DNA from: Chiloscyllium plagiosum
Lineage: Eukaryota
DNA: 64,000 bases
Direction: 5' to 3'
Assembly (NCBI RefSeq): GCF_004010195.1
Contig: NC_057719.1
Coordinates: 76,614,849-76,678,848, forward strand
In this document: positions 12,300 through 25,559 of the stretch, piece after piece
Layout of the letters: every line of letters begins with the position of its first letter
Position numbering within the stretch: the stretch's first letter is position 1
The notes under the pieces: model-generated
Database searches by the model: none
What the model was told of the DNA's origin: nothing
Seen by the model: the letters and a program-made list of their open reading frames with translations, nothing else
Translations under genes and position numbers: made by a program

Positions 12300-12676
12300 G
12301 GTGTGGACCTGACGAGGGAGTCACGGAGGGAGTGGTCTTTTCGGAACGCTGATCGGGGAAGGGAGGGAAATATATCCTTGGTGGTGGGGTCCGTTTGGAG
12401 GTGGCAGAAATGACGGCGGATTATACGATGTATCCGGAGGTTGGTGGGGTGGTAGGTGAGGACCAGTGGGGTTCTGTCCTGGTAGCGGTTGGAGGGGCGG
12501 GGCTCAAGGGCGGAGGAGCGGGAAGTGGAAGAGATGCGGTGGAGGGCATCGTTGACTACGTCTGGCAGGAAATTGCGGTCCTTGAAGAAGGAGGCCATCT
12601 GGGTTGTACGGTTTTGGAACTGATCCTCCTGGGAGCAGATGCGGCGGAGACGAAGGAATTGGGAATATGGGATGGC
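12300..12676 (-). mobile_element. Penelope-like element ORF fragment (RT to GIY-YIG linker)
   Basis: MASFFKDRNF…RTPLVLTYHPTNLRIHRIIRRHF…SAFRKDHSLRDSLVRS, characteristic of vertebrate PLEs; CpG-rich, suggesting a young copy. Confidence 0.88.
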
Positions 12677-13000
12677 GTTTTGATAGAGATATACAAGATG
12701 ATCAGAGGATTAGATTAGATCCTCAGATCCTTTTTCTGAGGATGATGATGTCAACGTGTACGATGGGGCATAACTACAAATTTAGGGGTAATAGATTTAA
12801 GACAGATGTCAGAGGCTGGTGTGGAATGCCCTACCTGCTAATGTCGTCAACTTAGCCACATTGGGGAGACTTAAACAATCCTTAGATAAATACGTGGATG
12901 ATTTTGGGATAGTGTAGGGGGACAAGCTGAGAATAGTTCACAGGTCAGCACAACATCGAGGGCCGAAGGGCCTGTTCTGCGCTGTATTGTTCTATGTTTT

Positions 13001-13319
13001 AGATTAGATTAGATTCCCTACAGTGTGGAAACAGGCCCTTCGGCCCAACCAGTCCAGACCGAACCTCTGAAGAGTAACCCACCCAGACCCATTTCCCTCT
13101 GACTAATGCACCAAACACTATGGGCAATTTAGCATGGCCTATTCAGCTGACCTGCACATCTTTAGACTGTGGGAGGAAACAGGAGCACCTGGAGGAAACC
13201 CACGCAGACACGGGGAAAATGTGCAAACTCCACACAGACAGTCGCCCGAGACTGGAATCGAACCTGGGACTCTGGTGCTGTGAGGCAGCAGTGCTAACCA
13301 CTGAGCTACCATGCCACCC
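13001..13319 (-). mobile_element. HE1-type SINE
   Basis: Full copy with (TCTAA)n tail. Confidence 0.9.
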
Positions 13320-13336
13320 ATTATGTTTGATATTCT

Positions 13337-13792
13337 ATGAACTATAAGGAGAAGCTGAATGGGCTGGGGCTGTTTTCCCTGGAGCATCAGAGGCTGAGGG
13401 ATAACCTTACAGAGATTTACAAAATCATGAGGGGCATGGAAAGGGTAAATAAACAAAGTCGTTTCCCTGGGTTAGGGAAGTCTAGAACTAGAGGGCATAG
13501 GTTTATGGTGAGAGGGGAAAGATTTAAAAGGGGCCTAAAGGACAACTTTTTCACGCCAAGTGTGATGCATGTATGGAATGAGCTGCCAGAGAAAATGGTA
13601 GAGGCTGGTACAATCACGACGTTTAAAAGGCACCTGGATGGGTACATGAGTAGGAAGGGTTTAGAAGGATATGGGCCAACAGCTGGCAAATGGGAGTAGA
13701 TTATTTGAGGATATTTGGTTGGCATGGAAGAGTTGGACCGAAGGGTCTATTTCCATGCTGTCCCATGTCTTCTGTATGTCTCTATAACTCTA
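13337..13792 (+). mobile_element. CR1 3' end
   Basis: LGLFSLEHQRLRDNLTEIYK…WNELPE…FKRHLD and CTCTAT tail. Confidence 0.9.
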
Positions 13793-14151
13793 TCAACAGC
13801 TGCTTAAAAGTCATCAGCTTTATTTTGTCAGCATTAGTTCTTAACTCTCTCAGTTTAACCTGCAGCCTTTTCGAGTGATGGTATCTCACATTTGATGCTG
13901 GTGATTTCTTGTCAGAGATGTAAAGTTTGTGATATCATACCTTTAATCTGGAAGCCTGTCTATATTTAGTTGTTGTTAAACAAATCTTGGTACTTCTGAT
14001 TGCCATTGGGGTAGCTTGCTGGAAATCAAACCCCACTCTTCCGGGAGTTGTTACAAAAGTTAAAGACTTTCAAAAGTACTCATAGATTTTTCAATTTATC
14101 CATCTTTTTGACCAATCCTTAAGTTTGACAGAAAGCACAGCCTCAGACTGC

Positions 14152-14358
14152 ACCTATCACTATGGGTAATTTAGCATGGCCAATTCACCTGGCTTACACA
14201 TCTTTGAAATGTGGGAGGAAACTGGAACACCTGGAGGAAACCCACGCAGACAAAGGGACAATGTGCAAACTCCACACCATTGCCCGAGGCAATGATCAAA
14301 CCTGAGTCCCTGATGCTGTGAGGCAGCAGTGTTAGCCCCTGAGCCACCATGCCACCCA
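14152..14358 (-). mobile_element. HE1-type SINE (5' half)
   Basis: Homologous to other HE1 copies in the window. Confidence 0.85.
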
Positions 14359-15584
14359 TACCACCCATAAATAGAGAGCTACATCTCCAATTTTGTTGAT
14401 AATAGTAAGTTAGGTGGGAAATTGTGTAGGGGGAAACACAATGTTCCAAAAAGCCATTGATAGATGTGAATGGCAAACCAGACATTCAATGTGGGAAAAT
14501 AAGGAGTAATCCACTATGCGCCCAAGAGAGATAGGATAAAATGTATTCTGGGTTGTGAGAAGGTAGGGACTGAGATCGAGCAGACAGACTAAGATCCAAA
14601 GTCACCAAAAGCTGGTGAAAAAGCCCACAAACAAAAATTGAAAGCCCAGTGGAATGCTGACCTTTCTCTGAAGATAGACAGTATACAAGGGACTGGATGT
14701 TATTGGTTTCAGTGGGGTTGCAATACAGATTAAATAGAATTGCACTTCAGTTAAAAGGGTTAAAACATGATGACATACAAAGTGTTGAGGTTTAGGTCAT
14801 TTGAAAAATTAAAAAGATTGATTGATGGTTGTTCAACAAGAGAATTAAAGGTCACAGAACTAAAGCTGGTAAAAGGAGGTTAGGTACAGATCAACAGTGA
14901 CTTGACTGAACAACAGGGTCAAATAACTCGTAGATATAATGCACATATTGTCATCCCAGATTCAACAATCACTTGCTCAAACCAATCAGTTTAATCATGT
15001 TATGACACGGTTTGTGGCACCTTCACATTCAAATATGAGGAGAGAAGTTAAAATAGAGACATTACCTTGCCTGAATTGAAATTACAGTAATAGTGCTGTT
15101 GAGAAGGTGCAACTGACTCATTCAACTTTACACAGCAATGAGAGATATAATGATACTGTTACATTTAAAAGCTAAGGAGTGATGCCTATAATGTACATTG
15201 CACACACTGAGTAATGACCACTTCACTTACTTGGTCCTAAGTGTCATAAAGTAGCTTTGGTGCCAAGCCTTTTACTTGCTTTGTCCTGTGGCTTTTGGGC
15301 AAACAGCCAACAGATTCAATTCTGAAATTGAGCTAAAAACGTAATAAAGCGAAGCAATAACAGTCAGCAGCTTTAAAGCTTTTAACACCTTATGTCATAC
15401 ACTGTGCAATTAAATTCAGTGCAAGAGTTGTCACTGCTCCAGGTTCCTTTTCTTACCAAAACACCACGAGCTGTGAAATATGTAGAAAGATTTCGGTTTG
15501 TACGGTAGTGGATTATTAATGAAAACTGCAAGTTTGGGAAGTGGCAGAGTGGCTTCTTGTAGTATTCACATTTCTTAAAGAATG

Positions 15585-15885
15585 TAAGAACATAAGAACA
15601 AGGAGCAAGAGTAGGCCAACTGACCCCTTGAGTCTGCTCCACCATTCAATAAGATCTTTTCATGGACTCAGTTCCACTTACCCACCTACTCACAATGACC
15701 CTTAATTCCTTTACTGTTCAAAAATCTATTTTTGCCTCAAAAACATCAAATGAGGTAGCCTCAACTGCTACAGTGAACAGGCAATTCCACAGATTCACAA
15801 TCCTTTGGGTGAAGAAGTTCCTCCTTAGCTCAATCCTAAATCTGCTCCTCCTTATTTCGAGGCTATGCCTCCTAGTTCTAATCCT
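15585..15885 (-). mobile_element. CR1 3' end
   Basis: TAAGAACA tail repeats; reverse complement of the RNFFTQRIVNLWN region. Confidence 0.8.
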
Positions 15886-16720
15886 GTGAAGAGAATCTGA
15901 ATTTGAACAACATTGGTGTGACAGTGTCGTGAAAAATTAAGCAATTCAAGCACCGTACCGTACTCTGCAGCTCACTTCAGTTTGTGAGTTATATACTGCC
16001 CAAATAAGGTTGCTGCTTCTTGTGGAACTTTTTAATGTAATTAATAGAGAAACAAATCTGTGGGATTTCATCAATGTCGAGAAGGGAACAACCTCAATTT
16101 GGAAACATAGTCCCTTCCATAGCTGCTCATCATTATAATGGTCACATGAACTTGATGTTATCAAGGAAGGAGTTGTTTACCAAGGCTGCCTGGAATTGCC
16201 CGAGAAAAGAGGTTGGAAGGATAGGACTCAGCAAATGTGAGCATTTAGATTGTGCAGTCTCCGCCCAACTTTGACGGGGTGAAGATACGAGAGCATTTGT
16301 AAAAGGAAAATTCAGGGGGGTTGGAAGTTAGATTACTGCTCATGAATAATTTAAGGACACATCCAAAAAAGAACAAGGACATTTGTATACACAAGACTTA
16401 CCAGTTCTAAGCAAACCTGAACAGACTTTAAATTTGTAGGAGAGCAAACAACATAAATAATCAAATATTAAAGTGCTGTGCAAGGTCAAAGTAATATTAA
16501 AGGAACTTGTGATCATAATATGCCCATTGAGGTACATGGTTCACTAGTCAGACTATAGCTGGAGAGCTGTGTCAAGCTCACATGAGCTGTTGGCAGTATA
16601 GAGAAGAGTCAAGAGGCTTATCCCACCATGCTAAAGGTTTGAGCATTTAAGTCAAGTTTAGGCCTTTCAACAAAAATGAGGTTTTGCAGATGTAATCTGT
16701 AGAGCATGGTGAAGAATGAG

Positions 16721-16846
16721 CCTGAAGAAGGGATCATGCCCAAAACGTCGATTCTCCTACTCCTTGGAAGCTGCCTGACCTGCTGCGCTTTTCCAGCAAC
16801 ACATTTTCAGCTCTGATCTCCAGCATCTGCAGTCCTCACTTTCTCC
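16721..16846 (+). mobile_element. Solo Penelope pseudo-LTR with degenerate hammerhead
   Basis: CTGAAGAAGGGATCATGCCCAAAACGTC (GAAA changed to AAAA) plus pLTR body. Confidence 0.85.
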
Positions 16847-16899
16847 CTGAAAAACGTATATGCCCTATTACTTTTCACCAGAGGTTAAGTCTGGGAATT

Positions 16900-17262
16900 C
16901 TGCAGCACATCACACTGCCTGGATGAATGAGACTCCAGCAGCACACAGGAAGCTCAGCACCATCCAGGACACCCCATCCACCACCTTCAGCATTCATTCC
17001 CTTCACCACTGATACACAGTGGCAGCAGTGTGCATATCATTATAAAATCAAGTCAGAAATTCACCAGAGGTACTTTAACAGCACCATCCACGTATGTGAT
17101 CTCTACCATTTAGAAGGACATGGACAGTAGATGCATGGGAACACCACCAACTCCACATCCTTGCCAAACTATGTCCCATTTTGGTCTGGGATTATCCTCC
17201 TATTCTTTCACCATTGCTGAATCAAAATCCTGGAACTTGCTCCCCACCAACTCAATGGGTGC
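16900..17262 (+). mobile_element. Family B LINE 3' fragment
   Basis: Homologous to 2700-2870 and 31200-31460. Confidence 0.65.
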
Positions 17263-18770
17263 AGATATTGTTTACTATCACTTTCAAAATGGTGCCCCTT
17301 TAGAAAACCTTACATACAGATGAGCCTGTTCCTGGATGTCAAGTAACCAGGCACTCTGTATGTTAGCAGCCTAGAAAAATGTTGTGTCTAGAATTTATTC
17401 TGTAATCCCTGCTTTCTTGAACTGATGTACTCCTCAATAAATTAGAAGTAGCCAAAATGCTCCCTGGTATTTTGCTCTTCACCCCTTATAAGGAAAGAAT
17501 CCTGACCTTCATTTCTTGAAATGGCTGAGTGATCACCCCCAAACTCCTGGTCTGGCATCAGAGGTTGTCATAACTTGACTGAGGACATGATTCCTGTCTT
17601 TGAGCTAATTGGTAAGGCAAGACAAAAGCATTCTTATCTTGGTCACTCTGGCTGAAAGCGCAAAGCACAAAAGGCAAGGCAGGAATGTTACAGACATTCA
17701 GGTTGGGTTCAAAGGGAACAAATGGTAAGGGATCAAGCAAGATGCAGCCTGGTCCAATCCGTGGGCTGGGAGTCAGTTTCTGTATGCAAAGTGTTTTTGC
17801 AGCAGGACTGCAATGATAGTTGCCAGTTCACCTCAAGGTGCAGCAGTGTGATTCAAGAGGATCAGGGACATGCCATGATGATGTGGATAGGCTGGAAAGT
17901 GTCTGATGCCAAGGTCCACAGATGTGGCCACTGTCCATGGAGTGTTCAATGATCATTCTGGTGCCAAGCATCCAAACTGGACATCCAGAGGTAGAAGTGA
18001 CAAGGAGTTACCCACTCAGAATTTCAGGTCAGGAATTCTTAGCATCTGATTTCTTCACAGTGAATGGTAGCATGGGTGCTGCATTTCAAGGTGATACCTG
18101 CAGTTGATGAGGCTGACAATAAGCAATAATACCTGGTAAAAGGCATGTTAGCAACTGCTTAGCAGGAAACTGGTCTCGACACCCACAACTCTGTTGGAAA
18201 ATGTGACTAGTTGTATACAACATTGAGAAAGACCTTGCTGGAGATCGTATAATTTTCCAAGATTTCTCACCTTTGACCCACATTGTTCAGGCCTCAATAA
18301 AATTCCTCCTTTAGCTTTTTGTTTAGTTTAAGATTCTGATAGTGCAACCATGCATTTCCTAATAGGAGCGAGTTTGGGAGTTGTTAAATGCCAAAATATG
18401 GCTGACTATGCAATCATAATATTTGAACTCCACAATATGCCAGACCAGTGCCTTTAATTCTGCTCCATATTCAAACAAAATCACATAACAAATGCAAATA
18501 TAGAGTCCAAAGATGAATGAGATATTTAATTCAGCGGTGTACTGTATGAGCACTGATGCTTTTAACTATTCTAATGCAAATTAGACAATTCAACTCACAG
18601 TGTTCCTGTTATTAGGCCCCTAGCCCTAGAAATGCTAGAACAGCAATAGTCAGCCTTTGCAGTACAGATTGTACTTGAATTCTGAAAATATTTAACACTG
18701 GATAGAACCAGCAAATTACTCTTGCATTTATTATTCCTGTCAAAATGTCAATTAACTTCATATTCACCAT

Positions 18771-19072
18771 GAGTGGCACAGCGGTTAGCACTGCTGCCTC
18801 ACAGCGCCAGAGACCTGGGTTCAATTCCCGTCTCAGGCGACTTACTGTGTAGAGTTTGCACATTCTCCCCGTGATTGCGTGGGTTTCCTCCGGGTGCTCT
18901 GGTTTCCTCCCACAAGTCCAAAAATGTGCAGGTTAAGTGAATTGGCCATGGGAAATTGCCCATAGTGTTAGGTGAAGGGGTAAATGTAGGGGGGTAGGTT
19001 GCGCTTTGGCGGGTCGGTGTGGACTTGTTGGGCTGAAGGGCCTGTTTCCACAGTGTAACTAATCTAGTCTAA
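18771..19072 (+). mobile_element. HE1-type SINE
   Basis: A and B boxes, V domain, TCTAA tail. Confidence 0.9.
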
Positions 19073-20519
19073 TCATTGCAAATACTGCTAAACAAATACT
19101 GAACTTCCAATGCAAATCTAAAAGGTTTGCTTCAGTTTACTCTGAAACTCAGGGGATGCCACATATTCATTTAGAGGTTGGAATATTTGTATCTGTATTT
19201 GTTGCATTTAACAGCAACATTTGAAGAGGTGACAAAAGCTACGGAGAAGAGATTGTCCACAGATGTTATATTGAAGACATCCAATAAAATTCTTCATAAA
19301 CTTACTGTTATCTGAAGCTGAATAATGGAATTGAAGTTAAACTATTGACATGGTGAGGAAATTAACTGAGCAGTTGGAGACACAGAGTCGAGATAATGGG
19401 CAGGCGATGAGACTAGCTGCATCCCAGAACAACCTGTGTTGTGACCTCTACTACTATCTGTGTTTTATTAATAACAGTCCAGCAAACATTTTATTAACTG
19501 ACACCTATAGGAACCGGAGTGTCCCAATTGATCGAATATTCTGAATAATCAAGAGGTACGCATAACCACAGTAAACCCTTTGAGACACCACCATCCCTCA
19601 AAAGATCTGTGTGGAAACACACAGTAAGTAATAGAAATGTAATTGGTGGTATTCACAACACTGTTATACTTAATTTACAGCATAAATACTCAGACATCGT
19701 GGCAGACTGCAGTTTTTGAAGTATATAATTTTTATCAAGAATGCCAGTTAAAACAAGGTTTGCTGTAATTGTTTGGAAAAGCACATATCCATGTTTGCTG
19801 ATGACACAAAGATAGTTTGCACTGTAAATAATGTGGCTGAAAATACAAAGAGATTTTAATCGTGTCATGAACGTGGCAGTCATGATATTATACATTCTGT
19901 AGAAAGCTTATCTGTCTTTAATCGACTCAAGAAATCTTGAGAAATGGCTGCCGGAAATCACCTGAACCTTTATAATTACAATGTTGTCAATCTCCTTAAA
20001 GGTCCAAGTGGATTACAAATGGACATAATTACATGAGTGAAGACCTTTCAAATCAAATGCGCATTTCCACAAGAAGTAAGCAAAGTCTCATTTCCAACGG
20101 ATTCTCTTGGTGGTGGCTCACCAAATACTGAATGTGGAAGCATAATGCAACAATTTTGGCACAGCTGCCATATTAGGTTTTGATATATATACAGGAGAGA
20201 TTACAAAGCATCATTTTGTCAGATGTCCCAAGGAAGGACTCTGAGGGAACATTCTCACCCAGAGGAATCACAGGAAATAGTAGAAATTAGCCACGATTCT
20301 GCTGAAATAGTCTACAAATCTGCAAGCACAATAATAATGACACTACTGAGGAAAAAGATACCACTCTCTCTCTCTTTCTTTCAAAGACTGTCTCCACCTG
20401 TGGAAGCAATCTCCGACTCTAGAAATGATCACATCTGCTAAATTCTGACTTCAATTTTTCAACCCCTACACTTTCAAAGGGCAGTCTTCAATGAAGTAAC
20501 AGGCCTGCAACAATAATAA

Positions 20520-20634
20520 CAAAAAAGTAATGTGAAATCTGAAACAAATGCAGAGAATGTAGCAGGTCGACAGTATCTGTGGAGAGAAAAATAAAATTAA
20601 GGTTTCAAGTCCAGTCTGACTTTTACTCAGAACT
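20520..20634 (-). mobile_element. Older Penelope pseudo-LTR family, decayed hammerhead
   Basis: Homologous to 32532-32670 and 53052-53152. Confidence 0.65.
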
Positions 20635-20734
20635 CAACAATGTCACAGTTTCATGATTATAAGTAGAATTTTTCTGTACCTACTTTAAATCTTTTTTTTC
20701 CCCCTAATGATTATCATTTTGTGTGGATACATTC

Positions 20735-22030
20735 AAACCAGTAGCATGAGTAGGCCATTAAGCTCTTTCAGTATTGTAATCTCAAATCAGTATTTCTGCA
20801 CAAGCCTGATAACCTTTAAACCTCTTGTTTAACAAGAATTTATCTACCTCTGCCTTGAAAATATTGAAGAACTCTGCTTCCACTGCCTTTCCAGGGAAAG
20901 AGATCCAAAGACTAACGGACCTCTGAGAGAAAGAAAATCACACACTCTCTATTTTAAATGAGCAAAACCTGATTTTAAGCAGTGACCCCCTAATTCTAGT
21001 TTCCCCTATAAGAGGAAACATCCTTGTACATCTACTCTGTCAAATCCCTTCAGGTTTTTATATGCTTTAATCAAGTTACTTCTTATAATTCTAAACTCTA
21101 GCTAAATTGTTTAAATTTCCTCATAAAACACTCCACTTATTTCAGGCATTTGTCTTCCTTCTAAAATAGTTACTTGCATGTTTCCTCACATTATGGTCAG
21201 TACTGATTCGACTGAGGGCAATCAGGTATACCTCATAGAATATGAGTTCCCTGATTGGGGATGTTAACCTGCTCCAATCAGGGAGCCGTGGCTGAGAGGT
21301 ATGAACAGGAGTATCAAAGGTTCTGTTCACTCTGAGGGAGCTGGATCAGTATCAAGGACTCTCCACATATAAATAAAGGGTGACTTGGTGATGGGATACC
21401 ACACTCTGTGGAGCTATTTCATACTCCACTTGCTACATCTTTGCCCACTCACTTAAGTTTATTCTTGTAATCTCCTTGTATGCTCTTTGCAACTTAACTT
21501 TCCTACTTTATATTGTCAGCAAATTTGACAAGCATACTTCCCTGCCTTCACTTAAATCATTTATATAAATTGTAAACAGTTGAGGTACCAACACTGGTCC
21601 CTGTGGCACATCACTCATCATGTTTTACCTACCTGAAAAAGACCCATTCAATCCTACTCTCTTCTTCCTGTTAGCCACCCAATCTTCTATCCATACCAGG
21701 GTGCTGTACCCTACACTGTGAGCTGCAATAAACTTTGATGTGGGACGTTACCAAATGTATCCTGGAATTCTAAATATTATAAATCTGCCAGTTCCCCTTT
21801 ATCTACAGTAAATGTCTGTCTCAAAGAACTTCAGTAGATTAGTTAAGCATGATTTTTCCCGTGCAAAGCCATGTTGACTCTGCCTGATTACCATGAACGT
21901 ATCAAGCATTCTTTTATAACCTCTTTAATAGTAGCTTCTAACGTTCTCCCTATGAAGGTGTTAAGCTAAGTAACCTCCCCCCTTTTCTGCCTCCCCCTTT
22001 TTCAATAAAGGAGGTACAATTCACTACTTT
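20735..22030 (-). mobile_element. Old CR1 ORF2 fragments interrupted by an LTR
   Basis: Reverse complements of QHGF, FADN and 3'-end CR1 motifs. Confidence 0.7.
21188..21421 (+). mobile_element. Short solo LTR ('family S')
   Basis: AATAAAGGGTGACTTGGTGA…CTCTGTGGAGCTATTTCA end; homologous to 55001-55192 and to the reverse complement of 34562-35275; 5' edge uncertain. Confidence 0.7.
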
Positions 22031-22269
22031 AACCCGTTCTACTCTCCTGCCTCAGTTGTCCTTGTTTAAGCTTTAAATACTCTCATACCTTCTCCTTTCA
22101 TAAAATTGAATGATATTACTCATCTTATGTTATACCTTCTAGCAACAGTTACGTAATAATGTAATCTTCGATCTTACTTAAAATTAAAGCTTTTCAGCTG
22201 GTTATTTTCATATTTGAATTACTCAAAAATCTAAAACAAGGAGCTAAAAATGTGTTATACAAATTCACA

Positions 22270-23000
22270 GTTTCACAGATGGTCTGTGGATAATGCTTCA
22301 TGGGGTCATGGCAACGGTTTAAGTGAAGTGAATGGGTAAACTCTGCAAATGGATTTAATTATAGAGGAGTGTAAGGTCTACAACTTTGGATCTAAAAAGG
22401 ATAGATCAGAGTGCTCTTTTAAATGGTTAAAATCTAACAGCATTGGAGATTCAAAGAGACTTGCTACATGAATTAAAATGATGTGAACAGGTACAGAAAA
22501 TAAATCAAAAAGGTGAATAAAATAATTGTCATGTACCCAGAGGATTAGATTACAATGAGGTAGAAGTTATGCTACAACTATATACAACCTTACTTAGAAG
22601 ACATCTGGAGTACTGTGTTCATTTCTGGACATCATACCACAGAAAGAACGTATTAGCCTTATGAGTCATTGCAACATAGATTTAATACCTGAACTTGGAG
22701 TTAAATTACAAAAAAGTAGGGTAGTATTTCCTGGAAGTTAGAAGACATGGAGTGAAATTGGTATGAAGTTTCAAGGTATTAAGGGGAACTTAGCTTTTCA
22801 GTACCACTCACTTGTACTGGCTAGGACTCTACAACTCCTTGGGAGAAGTTTTACTCGTCAGGAGTCAAGTTAGGAAACATTACACCCAAAGGATGGTTAA
22901 AATCAGGGAACTCTTCTCCACAAGCGAATCCTTGGTTAGTTTTAAGTTTAAATCTGATAGATTTTGGTTAACCAAAGGTAGAAAGGGAAATAGGCCACTG
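22270..23000 (+). mobile_element. Old CR1 3' region
   Basis: Degenerate LQLYTTL…HLEYCV and HYTQRMVK motifs. Confidence 0.65.
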
Positions 23001-23011
23001 TTAGGTATTTA

Positions 23012-23820
23012 TCGAGTCATAGAGATGTATAACATAGAAACAGACCCTTTGGTTCAACTTGCCTATGCCGACCAGATATCCTAACCTAATCTAGCCCCAT
23101 TTGCCAATACTTGGCCAATATCCCTCTAAACCCTCCCTATTCATATACCTATCCAGATGCCTTTTAAATGTTGTAATTGTACCAGCCTCCTACACTTCCT
23201 CTGGCAGTTCATTCAATACATGCACCACCCTCTGCACGAAAAGGTTGCCCTTTAGGTCTCTTTTAAATCTTTAAATCTCTCATCTTAAACTATGCCCTCT
23301 ACTTTTGGATACCCCTGTCCTGGGGAAAAGACCTTGTATATTCAACCTATCCATGTCCCTCATGATTTTATAAACCGCAATAAGGTCACCCCCTCAGCCT
23401 ACGATGCTCCAAGGAGGATAGCCCCAGCCTGTTCAGCCTCTCCCTATAGCTCAAATCCTCCAGCCCTGGCAACATCCTTGTAAATCCTTTCTGAACCCTT
23501 TCAAGTTAAACAACATCTTTCCTAAAGCAGGGAGACTAGAATTGAACACAGTATTCCAAAAGTGGCCTAACCAATGTCCTGTACAGCCACAAATGGACCT
23601 CCCAACTCCCATACTCAATACGCTGACCAATAAAGGCAATCATTCCAAATGTCTTCTTCACTAGCCTGTCTACATGCACCTTCACTTTCAAGGAACTGCT
23701 CCACTCCTGTGACTCCACTTACAAGGAACAATGAACCTGCAATCCAATGTCTCTTTGTTCGGCAACATTCCCCAACACTCCCAATACCTTACTATTAAGT
23801 ATATAAGTCCTGCCCTGATC
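23012..23820 (-). mobile_element. CR1 (HER1-like) 3' fragment
   Basis: Minus ORF …LYRTLVRPLLEYCVQF; GAGTCATAGAG tail. Confidence 0.9.
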
Positions 23821-24372
23821 TGCCGGTCAACCATAATCTCACAAAATGGTGAAACAAGCTCAAAGCACTAAAGGACTTAATCCTGCTCTTAACCATTCCC
23901 AGAAACAGGTAAACATGGATCAGGTGAGATATACAGCTCCGAAAATCTCAATCTCATTCGAACCTTCCTATCTTTTGATTTTTTTGGAGGTTGGGAATGG
24001 CAATCAAACCATTCCGAGATGGTGGGCTGGCAATTTAAATATTTTAATGAGGCTGACATGGCCTCTGAATTTGCTCATTTGACTTTAATTCTTGTCTAAC
24101 CAGGTTTCCCAGAAATCCTGCACTCAAGGGAGGTGAGGGCAGCTTCAGAGAGAAAGCAGTTTGTTTCTGCATTTTTAAAGCACCTTTCACAGTCTCAGGG
24201 CATCCTAACTGTTTTACAGCCAACGAAATTTCTTTGAAGTGTGGTCACTTTTGTAACACAGAAAATGTTGTAATATTCTTGTGCTATCTATATGCAAACC
24301 CAATGAGCTATGTGGATTTTGTTTACTTGAATTTCTCTGGTATGTTGAGGTACGACTAAGATCTTACAGACA

Positions 24373-24611
24373 GGCAGAAGTGGGTATTGCAGATGCTGGA
24401 GATTAGAATCAAGATTAGAGTGGTGCTGAAAAAGCACAGCAGGTCAAGCAGCATCCGAGGAGCAGGAAAATCGACGTTTCGGGCAAAAGCCCTTCATCAG
24501 GAATGAAGGTCTCTCCTGATGAAGGGCTTTGCCCAAGACGTCGATTTTTCTGCTCCTCGGATGCTGCCTGACCTGCTGTTCTTTTCCAGCACCACTCTAA
24601 TCTTGACTCTG
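24373..24611. mobile_element. Inverted pair of Penelope pseudo-LTRs with 7-bp TSD
   Basis: Arms of ~100 bp are near-perfect reverse complements; ACAGACA at 24366-24372 and 24612-24618. Confidence 0.88.
24473..24500 (-). ncRNA. Minimal hammerhead ribozyme motif, intact core
   Basis: Minus strand CTGATGA-A-GGGC-TTTT-GCCC-GAAAC-GTC. Confidence 0.78.
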
Positions 24612-25559
24612 ACAGACAATACTGACTAATCTGTAGAAGCCACCTTTTGTCTTGAGTAGTGCCATAAAAAGTAGTGTTAGCCTGTGGTCATGGAAAGAGA
24701 TTGAGGTACTTTGCATATCTATATGCTGAGTTTCTTAAAGGGACTTGACCTTTCAAGTAATAATACCCATGAAATATTGCAGACCATTTTTTTCAAAAAA
24801 AGATCCTGAAGACAGCAATATGATAATGTCCAGGTAGTCTATGTTCTTTTAATCATTTTGATTGAGGAATAAATATTGACCAGATTTAAAAAAAACTCCA
24901 CTGATTTTCCATGCGATAATGATGTGTTTTTTTTTGTATGCGTTCTTTTGATGAGTCAGTCAATATTTTAGTTTAGTGCATAATCTCAAGGGCTTGGATC
25001 CTGATGTAGCACTGGAATGTCAGCATATATGTTGCACTGAAGGTTCTGGATTGCAAGTTAAAGCTATAACCTCCAGCCACTCCAGCAAAAGTATGGTTGA
25101 TAGCTCTTCCTGTAATTCTGAAAACAATATATTGCACAAGATGCAAAATTTACAACACAATTATTATAACATATTGTGAAAGAATCCAGTGAAGTGCAGC
25201 ATTGTTTTGAATGCAAAAGAACAACATTACAGATCTAAGTGGTTTTGCTAATGACTGCATTGAGTACATAAGCATTGTTTTATCTGTAAACGTAATAGGA
25301 TATCCTTTCAAGACTATTTTATCGCCAACAAAAATTTCAATAACATGTGGGTATCTGTTAATAGCACATCACTTAGAAATAATTAGAGATGAACTGGATC
25401 AAATAACTGAATGACTTGAAAAAGCACTTCATGAAGCTAACATCCAATTGTCTGGTATTAGTGATGACCCAAATTTTCCATTGGCCTGATAGTCATTATG
25501 CCTTTGTCGATAGTGTCGTGCATGGGAACTCCATGAGATCCACATCATAGCACACTCTA

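Larger units (their letters stand above)
8350..12998 (+). mobile_element. Near full-length decayed CR1 LINE
   Basis: 5'UTR, ORF1, ORF2, gap, nested PLE, then RT C-terminus and TTCTATG tail at ~12990. Confidence 0.9.

Noticed and set aside
11219..12598. Long ORFs of 315-459 aa
   Set aside because: Artefacts of reading through the 806-N gap; they join CR1 and Penelope sequence.
15924..15946. TGTCGTGAAAAATTAAGCAATT resembling the end of the 45112 LTR
   Set aside because: Similarity is limited to ~20 bp; no matching other end or TSD found.
17720..18290. Possible ancient LINE C-terminal zinc-knuckle fragment
   Set aside because: Motifs too degenerate to assign by eye.
21130..21431. ACTCCACTT direct repeats as an LTR TSD
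   Set aside because: Too long for this family's 5-bp TSD and not flush with the termini; more likely microhomology or chance.
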